A DNA stretch of 32,000 bases from Acaryochloris thomasi RCC1774 (GCF_003231495.1 NZ_PQWO01000031.1:1-32000); one strand, 5' to 3'; positions 1-9,183 are shown, counted from the stretch's first letter. Numbers and translations: made by a program. The notes: generated by a model from the letters alone, not told the origin.

Positions 1-156
1 CCTATACCTAGAAAGGAATGTGTCAATTTCGCTGCCTCGAAAAATGCGAAAATTAGCGCCTGAAACCTATACCCTCAAAAAGTTACAGCCTTAGCGTTGT
101 TTTCTGTTCCGATGTACCCTAAACACCGAAACTGACTTAAAATACACACTGTTAAA

Positions 157-993
157 TTATAAAAAACGCTGAAACCCAAACAGACAGGAGTGTAAAGGGT
201 ATTTTTGAGAGTGCTGGTGAGAAATCCAGGTTATAGAGGTTGTTGCTTGCTCCGGTTTGGCAGGGTAATCAAACTCCAGCTTCCTATCCTTCAATCGATA
301 GGAGGCCCCATTGAGCTTGAGATACTCGCCATGATGGAGCGTTCGGTCAATGATGGCACGGGCTAATTCCTCATCATGAAGCACCCTGCCCCAGTGCTTG
401 AGTGGTTTATTGGTGGTGAATAGAATCGGCTTTCCCTTGAGATAGCGTTCATCAACGACCTGAAATAGGACATCAGCGGCCCCTGGTCCATATCCGAGAT
501 AGCCCATCTCATCAATGACCAAGACATGGGGCTGCAGGTAAGGCTTGAGTGCCGCATTGAGATCATGAGCGACTCTCAACTCATTAATGAGCGCAGCCGC
601 CGTCGTGAAACGGGCCATGAACCCGTTCTGAATCGCCTTGTAGGCAATAGCAATACAGATGTGAGTTTTCCCCGTTCCCGGTGGCCCCTCCAAAATTAGC
701 GATCGGTTTTCACTGATCAGCTCTGGCCCTAAGAATCGTCCAAGCATTTGTCGTTTGAGATCGCTTTTGAAGGTGAAGTCAAAGGTTTCAATGGTGGCAT
801 TGAAGGGAAACTTGGCACGGGTAACGTGGTTAGCAACCCGCCTTTCGCTGCGTTGGGCAATCTCCTCTGAGACTAGGCGTTCGAGGAAGTGTTGATAGGA
901 CCAAGCCTCCCGTTCTGCCGTCGGTGTCAGTTCTGGAAGAATCCGTTGAATCGTACTGAGACCCAGGCGCTTGAGCATCATGTCTAAACTCAT
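157..993 (-). CDS. istB: IS21-family helper ATPase IstB
   Basis: 278 aa. Walker A GPPGTGKTH and Walker B LVIDEMGY are present. It lies immediately downstream of, and translationally coupled to, the IstA-like ORF. Confidence 0.9.
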   Translation of the reverse strand: MSLDMMLKRLGLSTIQRILPELTPTAEREAWSYQHFLERLVSEEIAQRSERRVANHVTRAKFPFNATIETFDFTFKSDLKRQMLGRFLGPELISENRSLILEGPPGTGKTHICIAIAYKAIQNGFMARFTTAAALINELRVAHDLNAALKPYLQPHVLVIDEMGYLGYGPGAADVLFQVVDERYLKGKPILFTTNKPLKHWGRVLHDEELARAIIDRTLHHGEYLKLNGASYRLKDRKLEFDYPAKPEQATTSITWISHQHSQKYPLHSCLFGFQRFL

Positions 994-2441
994 GATTGTG
1001 CCCCCAACGCTTGGCTCAGAGCCAAAGGTGTGGCTCCAGCATGTTCAACGATCTCCAGCAAGTATTCACTGCCGAAGCAGTGCAACTCAATGGCTAATTC
1101 AATAGCCGCGAGCAGATCGCTGCGACCAATGCGTTGATAGAGCTGATAGGTGGCATCGACATCTTCCTCCCACGCCAGTGGCCGACGATGGACTAATTCA
1201 GTGAGATAGGACTCAACAATGGGAGCTAAGTCGAGCAGTAATTGACGTTGGGCATAGGGCTTGCCCCGTTTGATTTGGAACAGTTCTTCAGCATGTTCTG
1301 GCAGGACACTCGACTTGCCATTTTCCGGAAACCTCGGATGCTCTGCCAACAAACGGTCATCAAGATAGATCGCCACTTGCCTTTGCTGCAGATGCAGCGT
1401 CACTGTTTGACCAAGCGTTTCAGCAGGAACCGAATATTCTATTCCTCGGTAGTGAACCCGAGCCGTCGGGCGGACAACGACTGAGACCTTAAAGGCATAG
1501 CTCTGGGCTTGATGGTGCAATGGTTGGAGCGGCTCTCGCTTCAACCGCTCTGCGGGGATCTCGCCGGTGGCATCGCAGGGACGCTCGTCATTGACGTGAG
1601 CCATCCACTCTTGAAGTTGACCCTTGATATCGTCAACATCTTTAAAGGTCCGGCCACAGAAGAAGTTCCCTTTGACGAACCCGACTAAATTTTCCACTGA
1701 CCCTTTTTCTTGAGGACGATAGGGCCAGCAGGCTAAGGGAACCAATCCACAGTCAACGGTCAATTGACCAAAGCGCTCGGTCCAATAGACTTTGACGCTG
1801 CCGTCTTCTCGGATCTCACGCGACTTAACGGCAGTGGACATATTGTCGAATACGCCAATCATCGGCACTCCGCCAAAGTGCTCAAAGGCACTCAGCAGGG
1901 ACCGCACCACTGTTTCCTGTTGTTCGTTCTCGACAATCTCGATATCGACATAGCGAGAGTATTTCAGGCGACTGGCAAAAAAGCGGATCAGTTTACGAGT
2001 GCCGTCAGAAAACGTCACCCACCGTTGGCCGAAATCATGTTGGGAAAACTCGCCGGGTAGACCCTCAAAGCGAACAATAGGTCTGCCCTTGGTTTTAGGG
2101 CGGAGGCGTCTGACTAATTCATAGACAGCGGTCTTACCGCCGGTATAGCCCTGCTGGCGCAAGCAAGCTAGAATCTCTTGGCTTTTAATAGGACCGTCTT
2201 CCTTATGGCGAGGCTCTTCTAGGCATTGACGAATCTGGTCTTCATACTCGGTGACTCGGCTGGGACGACCCATATTATGGGATTTCCGGAAACTCTCCTT
2301 ATCAATCTCCTTGATTGGTTCTTCCGTTTCAATTCGGCTGATACTGCGCTCACTAATTCCGGTTAGCTCGCGCACCTCGCCTTGAGGCATATTCTGATCT
2401 CTAAGTTCTTGCACGACATATCGCTCCAATTGGCTGTACAT
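990..2441 (-). CDS. istA: IS21-family transposase IstA
   Basis: 483 aa. It has an N-terminal HTH region and a central DDE-type region (FDNMSTAV ... PYRPQEKGSVE). It is paired with istB. Confidence 0.85.
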   Translation of the reverse strand: MYSQLERYVVQELRDQNMPQGEVRELTGISERSISRIETEEPIKEIDKESFRKSHNMGRPSRVTEYEDQIRQCLEEPRHKEDGPIKSQEILACLRQQGYTGGKTAVYELVRRLRPKTKGRPIVRFEGLPGEFSQHDFGQRWVTFSDGTRKLIRFFASRLKYSRYVDIEIVENEQQETVVRSLLSAFEHFGGVPMIGVFDNMSTAVKSREIREDGSVKVYWTERFGQLTVDCGLVPLACWPYRPQEKGSVENLVGFVKGNFFCGRTFKDVDDIKGQLQEWMAHVNDERPCDATGEIPAERLKREPLQPLHHQAQSYAFKVSVVVRPTARVHYRGIEYSVPAETLGQTVTLHLQQRQVAIYLDDRLLAEHPRFPENGKSSVLPEHAEELFQIKRGKPYAQRQLLLDLAPIVESYLTELVHRRPLAWEEDVDATYQLYQRIGRSDLLAAIELAIELHCFGSEYLLEIVEHAGATPLALSQALGAQS

Positions 2442-2560
2442 CAGGGCTAATCACTAACTGAGCTTTCTTTAATCGTGCTCAAAAAGTGACCAGCTCACCA
2501 GCCAGACTTTACGGAATTGGACCTGTCATACTTTCCGGAATTCACAAAAGCGATAGCAAA

Positions 2561-3661
2561 CTATGTCAAGCGGACGGGTGCCTTAGGCATTGTCGGCAGC
2601 AGCACACTGGGATTACTCAAGAATCTAATCGGGGTCATCCCCTTCAAGATTCGCTTGGGAAAAGCAAACGCCAGCTCAGTCCACGGTTGCCAGTCGCCCA
2701 GCTCTGGATTCGTACAGACGCACATCTGCCCATCCATCATCATCGAGGCTGTGACTATCCCCTTCTCCCTGGCAAGATCAAACCACTCACTAAATCCATC
2801 AGGCACCAGACTCCCTGATTCCTCTACAGGATTGGGATTCCACTTCTCCTGAATCGCCTTGACCAACATCCCAGCAGGCCGTTTTACTATCCCCGCCTGC
2901 TTTTGCTGACGCACGACGGCCAAGGCATCACGAACGACATCGACGGTAGCAGATACTACTGTCCTATGGATGTTCTGGTTCAGCGGCTGTGCAATCACCT
3001 CTTCGACTGCAGCCTTTAGCTCTGGGTCTATTATTCTTCCTTCGGAGTTTAGCGGCACGTTCTGAGAATCGGGATCTGCTGGGGAATCTGTTCCAGGTTT
3101 TTGGGGCGTTGGGTTTTGCAGATTGGGGTTTAGGGGAGAGTTAGCCATACCTTCCTTGTCACTCCACGAAACAGGGTGGAGTGAGGTTGGGTCGTCTGCT
3201 GTTCTCTTCTTATCTCTATAAGAGGGTACGGCAGCATCAGCGTTTGAGTGCTCTGTTTTGGACATTTTTGTCACGGTTTGGACTTTTTGATCCAGAACCT
3301 GTACTTTTTTGTCACTCAGGTTTGGTTTGTTCTCCAGCGTTAACTGCTGCTCTACAGGGGTAATCTCTGCAGCTTCTGGGTGAAAGCAGATGAGCTTAAA
3401 GATACGAGTGCTGTATTGCTTAACGACATCTATCAGGCCAACGCTCAGTAACTCCTGCACGGCTCTCTGAATATGTCGGATGCAGTACGGGCGGCGACGG
3501 TGGCCGCTAGACCACCGGGCGAAGTCTCCTAGCTCTAGCTCCTGGGGCTTCCCTGCAGGTATTTTCCGCAATAGCCAGCGGTAGAGCTGACCCGCACAGG
3601 GGGTCAAAGTAAGGGCGATCGCGTCATGGATATCGGTGACGCGGGCAAAGGCGTTCTTCAT
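2561..3661 (-). CDS. Hypothetical DNA-binding protein with an N-terminal winged-helix; possible plasmid replication initiator
   Basis: 366 aa. The N-terminal ~95 aa look like a wHTH (ELELGDFARW...IRHIQRAVQELLSVGLIDVVKQYSTRIF). A low-complexity Pro/Ser linker follows. The C-terminal motif VKRPAGMLVKAIQEKW resembles tails seen in Rep/DnaD-like initiators. The stop lies only 15 bp from the IS21 end. Confidence 0.35.
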   Translation of the reverse strand: MKNAFARVTDIHDAIALTLTPCAGQLYRWLLRKIPAGKPQELELGDFARWSSGHRRRPYCIRHIQRAVQELLSVGLIDVVKQYSTRIFKLICFHPEAAEITPVEQQLTLENKPNLSDKKVQVLDQKVQTVTKMSKTEHSNADAAVPSYRDKKRTADDPTSLHPVSWSDKEGMANSPLNPNLQNPTPQKPGTDSPADPDSQNVPLNSEGRIIDPELKAAVEEVIAQPLNQNIHRTVVSATVDVVRDALAVVRQQKQAGIVKRPAGMLVKAIQEKWNPNPVEESGSLVPDGFSEWFDLAREKGIVTASMMMDGQMCVCTNPELGDWQPWTELAFAFPKRILKGMTPIRFLSNPSVLLPTMPKAPVRLT

Positions 3662-3850
3662 ATTCTTGCTCCTATCGGTGATGGGAGCGAGGTCGATTGA
3701 GGGTCGTTCGTTAAGACAAATTAAAGCCAGGTTGCACTTTTACGTGCAGGCAGCTTAAAATAGGCGAACGACCTAAAGGGTTTCCTAACGTCTGGCAGTC
3801 CAAAGCTTTCAGTTAGTTCCCGCGACTTCGCTAAATAAATTACCTAATTG

Positions 3851-3876
3851 CCTGAGATGCCACTCTCGGGTTTTTT
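3851..3876 (+). terminator. Intrinsic terminator on the plus strand with no annotated upstream plus-strand gene
   Basis: Stem CCTGAGA (3851-3857) pairs with TCTCGGG (3864-3870): 7 bp including one G-U, with a 6-nt loop. It is followed directly by TTTTTT (3871-3876). Confidence 0.5.
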
Positions 3877-4172
3877 AGGTTTTAAAGGCTGTTTTTGGTT
3901 CCTCCAGATAGATTTGTCTAATTACGGATCAAGTGTACGCCTCTAGCCCCCATTGGCAAAGGGTTTAAAACAAAAGATCACAGGATCGATAGGCAGATAC
4001 ACCCTTCCGGTGAAGTATAGGGAGACCCCCAAAATCATCCAAAATTAGGGCCAAAATAGGGGTTTTTAGTAAAGCTGCGTAAAGTTGGCGTTACGGAAAG
4101 TAACTTGTGAAGCCACAGTAAAGTAACCTCGCCAGCCACAATGAAGGGTGTAAGCACCTTGCCCGAATCCCC

Positions 4173-4844
4173 ATGACCTCACCCTCACCCTCTGACCAAG
4201 AGCCGATTGGCATTGTGATCACACCGATGATCGAACAAGAGATGGCTCAGCGGCAAAGTGAGGCCACTCCTCTACTGGAGCAGTTTGGTACCAGCGCCCT
4301 GCAGGTGGCTATCGAGCAATATGAGCGCTGCGATCGCGGCATGGTGTTGGGCCTCGAAAACGCCAAGGCAAAGAAGTTCCTATACGTGAAGCAAAGGGAC
4401 TGTGCCACAGCACTATGGATGCTATCAGTCGATATGAAGCGGAAAGTTGCCGAGGTAGTCGATCAATATTCACCAGAGAGTGAAGCGGTCGTTGTGATGG
4501 TAGTGCCGCCCGTCGCACATCTATACCTTGCTTCTAGCGAGAAGCCGATGGAAATGATTGAGATGCAGGAGGTTGAGCAAACGACTTTCACATTACCCTC
4601 CGGTGTCAGCTCTCGCAAAGATGAGAAGGGTCCAACAGTTTTCTACACCTTCAGCCACAAAAAGCTCGGTCTGCTGGGTCGGATCGTCCTCCATCCAATT
4701 TCACCCACAAAGATGAACGTCGTTCATGAGGTCGCTAATCCAAAGGGCTTTGAGGATGCTCGAAACCAGCAGAAACGGCTCGATATATTTCTGCCATTGG
4801 CACAGGAGCTAATTGAGCGGCTGTCACTGGGGTTGATGCGATGA
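4173..4844 (+). CDS. Hypothetical protein
   Basis: 223-aa ORF with no recognisable motif. Supported only by length and the absence of a competing ORF. Confidence 0.5.
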   Translation: MTSPSPSDQEPIGIVITPMIEQEMAQRQSEATPLLEQFGTSALQVAIEQYERCDRGMVLGLENAKAKKFLYVKQRDCATALWMLSVDMKRKVAEVVDQYSPESEAVVVMVVPPVAHLYLASSEKPMEMIEMQEVEQTTFTLPSGVSSRKDEKGPTVFYTFSHKKLGLLGRIVLHPISPTKMNVVHEVANPKGFEDARNQQKRLDIFLPLAQELIERLSLGLMR

Positions 4845-4955
4845 TAGAACAAGGATCGGCAAAGATATGGTTACAGCGACAGACAGTGAGATCACCAGCA
4901 GCCCTAGCACTTGTTCGCTAGACTTTCGCTAGACCTAAGATATTCGGTCGATATT

Positions 4956-5129
4956 TTATGTAAGTTTTTCTGTAAGACAGAAACTGAAAGCAGCGTTGGA
5001 TTGGGGATCTAAATCAATCAGGAGAGTCTTCTTGCCCAGTGTGCTCAAAATAGATGAAAGGCCACTGGAAATAGATGTTTTGCCAACCCCCCCTTTCCTG
5101 GCGGCTACGGCGACACGAGATGGAATCAT
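4956..5129 (-). pseudogene. ParA/Soj-type ATPase N-terminal fragment (57 codons)
   Basis: My own translation is MIPSRVAVAARKGGVGKTSISSGLSSILSTLGKKTLLIDLDPQSNAAFSFCLTEKLT*. It contains the deviant Walker A KGGVGKT and the DLDPQ motif, then stops about 150 aa short of a normal ParA. It is too short to appear in the ORF track. Confidence 0.6.
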
Positions 5130-5227
5130 AGAATGATGGATGTTGGGAAGATAAGAGTGCGAAGGGCAGTCACTCTATTCAATCATGACTCTATCGGTCT
5201 CAACGATAATTCAGTTGAGAGTGGGCC

Positions 5228-6421
5228 TTAACTTTCTTTACCCTGACTAATACGCATCCACATCGGCAATTGCAGCTCTTTCCCTGCCTGAATACGTTCA
5301 ATCGCAGCCAGCAGTTCTACTCGCACATCAAATTCGCTCTCCAATTCAGCCGCCTGCAGCAAGGGAGACACAGCACTGGAATCTCCTAATTCATTCAGGA
5401 AACGACCCGCTCGCCATCTGACTAGAGCAGAAGAATCTTCCAACGCTTTAATCATTGCCTCATTGGCCTGAGTCTCTCCCAAATCACTGAGAGCATCTCC
5501 TGCTGTTCGTCGCACAATAGGTGAACGATCTGAAAGTACAACCTGACACAGCGGATGGACGGCTTCAGGGCGCTCGCTCGCACCCATGAGAGCCGCAGCC
5601 CAGCGACGAATTGTATTGCGCTCATCCTTCAGTGCAATAGTCACGGCTGAGAAGGTTTCAGAATTGACTTCAATCTGCTGAATCGCCTTGAGTCGTCTCT
5701 TCCAATCTGGCTGTCGAAGTTCTTCCATTAAAACCTGTTGGGACTTTTGAGCAATGGGCACTTCTCTCCCACGCTCTTGCTCAATCGCTGTTTTCTCAAT
5801 TGCAGCCAATTCCAGATCGTCAATCAGAATATCGAGTTCTTCTGCAACTTGTTGGGCAATCTCCTCTGGATTCCCGAATTGGGGTTGATACGGGGACCAG
5901 AGACGCTCTGCGACATAATCAGCATGGGTTGATTCAATCGTCCGCTGGAGAGCCTGACTAAACCGTTCTGGCAATGCGACACGAGCCCGACTACCATCCC
6001 CTGCAATCACACGAACTTGAACGGGAATGCCCCGAAAGACCTGAATAGCTACCTCGACCTGACCAAAATTCTGAGTCTGATGCTGCGCTGGGGAACCCTT
6101 ATTCACAGATGAGCTGGATTGTTGTTGAATAAGATGATTGCTTAAACTCGAATCAGCTTCCTCTGCAAGTCCGAGCAAGCTGCCTGCTTCTGACAAGATG
6201 GGTTGCCAATCTACGTTCCCTTTGCGCGTGAGGGTGATGAAGTCACCTATCAAGAAAACAGACTGTATTCCCTCTATCGCCAGCAAACTCTGAAAGACTT
6301 CTGGTGCATCCGTTAATTCACCATCTTTTTTAAGCGTCAAGGGCTTAGAGCCAATCTGCTCATCTAGATTTAGCTTCATGCAGTTTGGACTGGGTGTTGT
6401 CTCAATCGAGCGAAGTTTCAT
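5228..6421 (-). CDS. Nfu_N-domain / CvfC-YpgR-like 'virulence factor' family protein with C-terminal HEAT (PBS-lyase type) repeats
   Basis: 397 aa. The N-terminus MKLRSIETTPSPNCMKLNL...DFITLTRKGNVDWQPIL matches the Nfu/NifU N-terminal scaffold domain pattern. The central segment is VQVFRGIPVQVRV. The C-terminus has repeated HEAT-like units (RRWAAALMG, VRRTAGDALSDLG, VRWRAGRFLNELG). Confidence 0.65.
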   Translation of the reverse strand: MKLRSIETTPSPNCMKLNLDEQIGSKPLTLKKDGELTDAPEVFQSLLAIEGIQSVFLIGDFITLTRKGNVDWQPILSEAGSLLGLAEEADSSLSNHLIQQQSSSSVNKGSPAQHQTQNFGQVEVAIQVFRGIPVQVRVIAGDGSRARVALPERFSQALQRTIESTHADYVAERLWSPYQPQFGNPEEIAQQVAEELDILIDDLELAAIEKTAIEQERGREVPIAQKSQQVLMEELRQPDWKRRLKAIQQIEVNSETFSAVTIALKDERNTIRRWAAALMGASERPEAVHPLCQVVLSDRSPIVRRTAGDALSDLGETQANEAMIKALEDSSALVRWRAGRFLNELGDSSAVSPLLQAAELESEFDVRVELLAAIERIQAGKELQLPMWMRISQGKES

Positions 6422-6580
6422 CTGTAAAACTCGTTATGGGTAAAACTGACGGCTTGGTAGAAACAGGGTTCGCCAACCATTTTAATAGAAGAATTAGAAT
6501 GAAAGAGATACGGAGTCTTTGTAGTCGCCCCGCTATTTTGCGGATGGCTTGATGTTTTCAATAGGAGGCTGAGGGTCTCG

Positions 6581-8329
6581 ATGGCAACACAGACAGAACA
6601 ATTCGTTAAAGTCGGACAGCTCCAAGAAATCAAAGCGGCCAAGTGCCCTGTAGTTTACGCTGAAGGCCATGCCATCGCCATTGTGAGCCATAACGGTACA
6701 CTTCATGCCATCGATAACCGCTGTCCTCATATGGGGTTCCCCTTAGACAAAGGCACTGTCAAAGAAGGGATCTTAACTTGTCATTGGCACCATGCTCGTT
6801 TTGATGTGGTGAGTGGCGGCACCTTTGATTTATGGGCTGATGATGTTCCTACTTTCCCTGTTGAGGTCCGGGGAGATGAAGTTTGGGTTGACCTAGCACC
6901 CTCAAATCACTCTGAGGCTCATCACGAAAAACGTCTAAAGGATGGACTGCAGCAGCAGATCTCTCTGGTGATTGCAAAATCTGTCATTGCGTTGCTAGGT
7001 CAAGGCAGTGATGCGACGGCTCCATTCCGACTGGGCCTTGAATTTGGGACGCACTACCGCCGTGCCGGGTGGGGAGCAGGTCTAACCATCCTCACTTGTA
7101 TGCACAACCTACGGCCCTATCTAAAGAGTGAAGATCATCCCCAGGCTTTATATCACGGTCTATCTGCAGTGGCTCGGGACTGTGCAAACGAACCGCCTCA
7201 TTTCAACGTGGAACCTCTTCCCTCAACACCAGCAGATATTGAAACGCTAAAGGGCTGGTTTTGCCAGTTTGTTGAGGTTCGTGATTCCCAAGGTGCGGAA
7301 CGCTGTCTAATGACGGCCATCCAAGCCAGTGCAAGTCCCATCCAAATTGCTGATATTCTGTTTACCGCTGCAACAGATCATCGCTTCATTGATGGTGGAC
7401 ATACCCTCGATTTCACCAACAAAGCACTGGAGGCTCTAGATATTGCTGGCTGGCAACATGCAGCACCTGTTCTTGGAAGCTTAGTTCGAGGTTATACCGA
7501 GGGAGAACGGAAGGAAGAATCGAACGCATGGCGTTCACCCATCGATCTGGTAGATATCCTCAATCAAACTTTTCAGGCGCTTCCAGATGCGATCTCACAA
7601 GGAACAACTCAATTATCGGCTGAACTAGACCAGGATCGTCTTGTGGCAGTGGTATTAGGCGATGATCCAGCTTTAATTTGCACCACGTTGCTCGACCAGA
7701 TTCGGGCGGGATGCTCTGTAACCGATTTAGCGGCAATGGTGGCTTACGCTGCAGCTTTGAGAATTGCTCATTTTCATACGCAAAACGACTTTCGAGATTG
7801 GGACACCGCTCATCATAGTTTTACGTTCGCCAACGCTGTGTATAAAGGACTGCAGCGGGTTAGCTCGCCTGAGCTGACTCGGGGGATTTTCGATGCAGCT
7901 ATGACAATCTATCTCAATCGATTTCTCAATATTCCTGCAGCTCCTTTGCCTAAGCCAGAGAATGAATTGCAGAATCCAGAGCAGCTATTAGATCAACTCC
8001 CAGAGTTATTAGACCGTCAGCAGCAGGTGAATGAGGTCGGTAATCTGGTTGCTCGTTATCTTTACGGAGGGGGAGATGGCGATCGCCTTTTGGCGGTTCT
8101 GGGTCGGTTAATGTTGCGGGAAGATCGAAGCTTTCACACGATTCAAGAATTAGATGCAGCTTTCAACCTATACACACATTGGCAACACAAACCAGACAGG
8201 GTATATATTTTGGTAGCAGCAGCTCGATATCTAGCAGCTCATGCGCCCACAACTCGCGCACAGCACCAAACCTATCAAATTGCAGCCCGACTACACCGAG
8301 GAGAGCATTTATTCGAGTCTTCGACGTAG
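6581..8329 (+). CDS. Rieske [2Fe-2S] domain protein with a large uncharacterised C-terminal domain
   Basis: 582 aa. The Rieske ligand motifs CPHMG and CHWHHARF lie in the first ~100 aa. A good SD (AGGAGG at 6563-6568) precedes the ATG. The remaining ~480 aa have no motif I recognise. Confidence 0.8.
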   Translation: MATQTEQFVKVGQLQEIKAAKCPVVYAEGHAIAIVSHNGTLHAIDNRCPHMGFPLDKGTVKEGILTCHWHHARFDVVSGGTFDLWADDVPTFPVEVRGDEVWVDLAPSNHSEAHHEKRLKDGLQQQISLVIAKSVIALLGQGSDATAPFRLGLEFGTHYRRAGWGAGLTILTCMHNLRPYLKSEDHPQALYHGLSAVARDCANEPPHFNVEPLPSTPADIETLKGWFCQFVEVRDSQGAERCLMTAIQASASPIQIADILFTAATDHRFIDGGHTLDFTNKALEALDIAGWQHAAPVLGSLVRGYTEGERKEESNAWRSPIDLVDILNQTFQALPDAISQGTTQLSAELDQDRLVAVVLGDDPALICTTLLDQIRAGCSVTDLAAMVAYAAALRIAHFHTQNDFRDWDTAHHSFTFANAVYKGLQRVSSPELTRGIFDAAMTIYLNRFLNIPAAPLPKPENELQNPEQLLDQLPELLDRQQQVNEVGNLVARYLYGGGDGDRLLAVLGRLMLREDRSFHTIQELDAAFNLYTHWQHKPDRVYILVAAARYLAAHAPTTRAQHQTYQIAARLHRGEHLFESST

Positions 8330-8336
8330 TTCAAGC

Positions 8337-9161
8337 TCACTGATTTGCCTTCAGCCAACCCACCAGATCCCCCTGTTCCGTAAAGTCTAACAGCGCCTCA
8401 CCCAACTCCTCAGTTTGCTCCAGATCCAACCCTTCTATTTGAGATCGCAACTCAGGGGATACTTCTCCGATGCGACGATTGAGCAGACGGAGGACGAGGG
8501 AGCGTTCGCCTGCTGTGCGTCCCTCTTCTCGGCCTTCACCCTTGATATCTTGGTAGATCACTGACTGTTGCATAACATCTTGCCTCAGCACTCTGTAAAT
8601 AAAGTCCCTGTCTAATGATAGCCCTGCCAGAATAGCCGCAGAAGCCGTTACGTTGCTTTGCACCCGTTCATCTTCAATAGCCTCAGCCTTTGCAGCCACT
8701 TGTCGCAACGTCTGAGCTTTATCTTGAGTCTGCGTCAGTACCGCCAAAGGTAACAAGCCCGGTGAGTTTAGGAAAGACTGGGTAGGCTGTTCCCACAACC
8801 TGACAACCTCAAACTCATGACGAGTACCCAGAATTTCAAAAGCAGTCTGATAGACCAGTTCAGAGGTTGTTGGACTTAAGTAGATAACGACCTGCTTCAT
8901 CTGTTTGTTCGGAAAACGACGGAAGGCCCGCGTCCGATAATCCAACATCCTAAAGGCCATTGTGGGATCCGCTTCGGTCTGGAATTCCAGATGTAAAATA
9001 ATACCTTCAGATTCCAGAAGAATCAGAGCATCAGCACGAATTGGCTCAACGGCAAGTTCCGAAGGGCTTAGTTGGGTTAAAACAACAGGCTGACCCAACA
9101 GCCAGCTAGCAAAGTCACTTGAGAAGGTCTCTGCAAGGAACTTACAGGTGTTGTCATACAT
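8337..9161 (-). CDS. Rpn-family recombination-promoting nuclease / putative transposase (PD-(D/E)XK) with a DUF4351-like C-terminus
   Basis: 274 aa. The N-terminus MYDNTCKFLAETFSSDFASWLLG and the C-terminus LVLRLLNRRIGEVSPELRSQIEGLDLEQTEELGEALLDF are typical of this cyanobacterial family. Confidence 0.6.
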   Translation of the reverse strand: MYDNTCKFLAETFSSDFASWLLGQPVVLTQLSPSELAVEPIRADALILLESEGIILHLEFQTEADPTMAFRMLDYRTRAFRRFPNKQMKQVVIYLSPTTSELVYQTAFEILGTRHEFEVVRLWEQPTQSFLNSPGLLPLAVLTQTQDKAQTLRQVAAKAEAIEDERVQSNVTASAAILAGLSLDRDFIYRVLRQDVMQQSVIYQDIKGEGREEGRTAGERSLVLRLLNRRIGEVSPELRSQIEGLDLEQTEELGEALLDFTEQGDLVGWLKANQ

Positions 9162-9183
9162 GAAGCGATTCTATCGTGCGTTG

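Larger units (their letters stand above)
21..2546 (-). mobile_element. IS21-family insertion sequence carrying istA and istB, apparently intact
   Basis: The two ORFs overlap with an ATGA stop/start at 990-993, as in IS21 istA/istB. Candidate terminal inverted repeats are TGTCAATTTCG (21-31) and the reverse complement of 2536-2546, TGTGAATTCCG (9/11 match, TGT...ACA termini). The subterminal repeat CGGAATT occurs at 2512-2518 and 2536-2542. No target duplication was seen, so the ends are approximate. Confidence 0.7.

Noticed and set aside
2486-2852. Two plus-strand ORFs of about 110 aa
   Set aside because: They start inside the IS21 terminal region and run antisense into the Rep-like gene. 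They have no motifs and are mutually overlapping frames.
6418-6730. 74- and 65-aa minus-strand ORFs in and around the Nfu_N/Rieske intergenic region
   Set aside because: They overlap the Rieske gene start and the promoter region. They have no RBS or motif and are probably non-coding.
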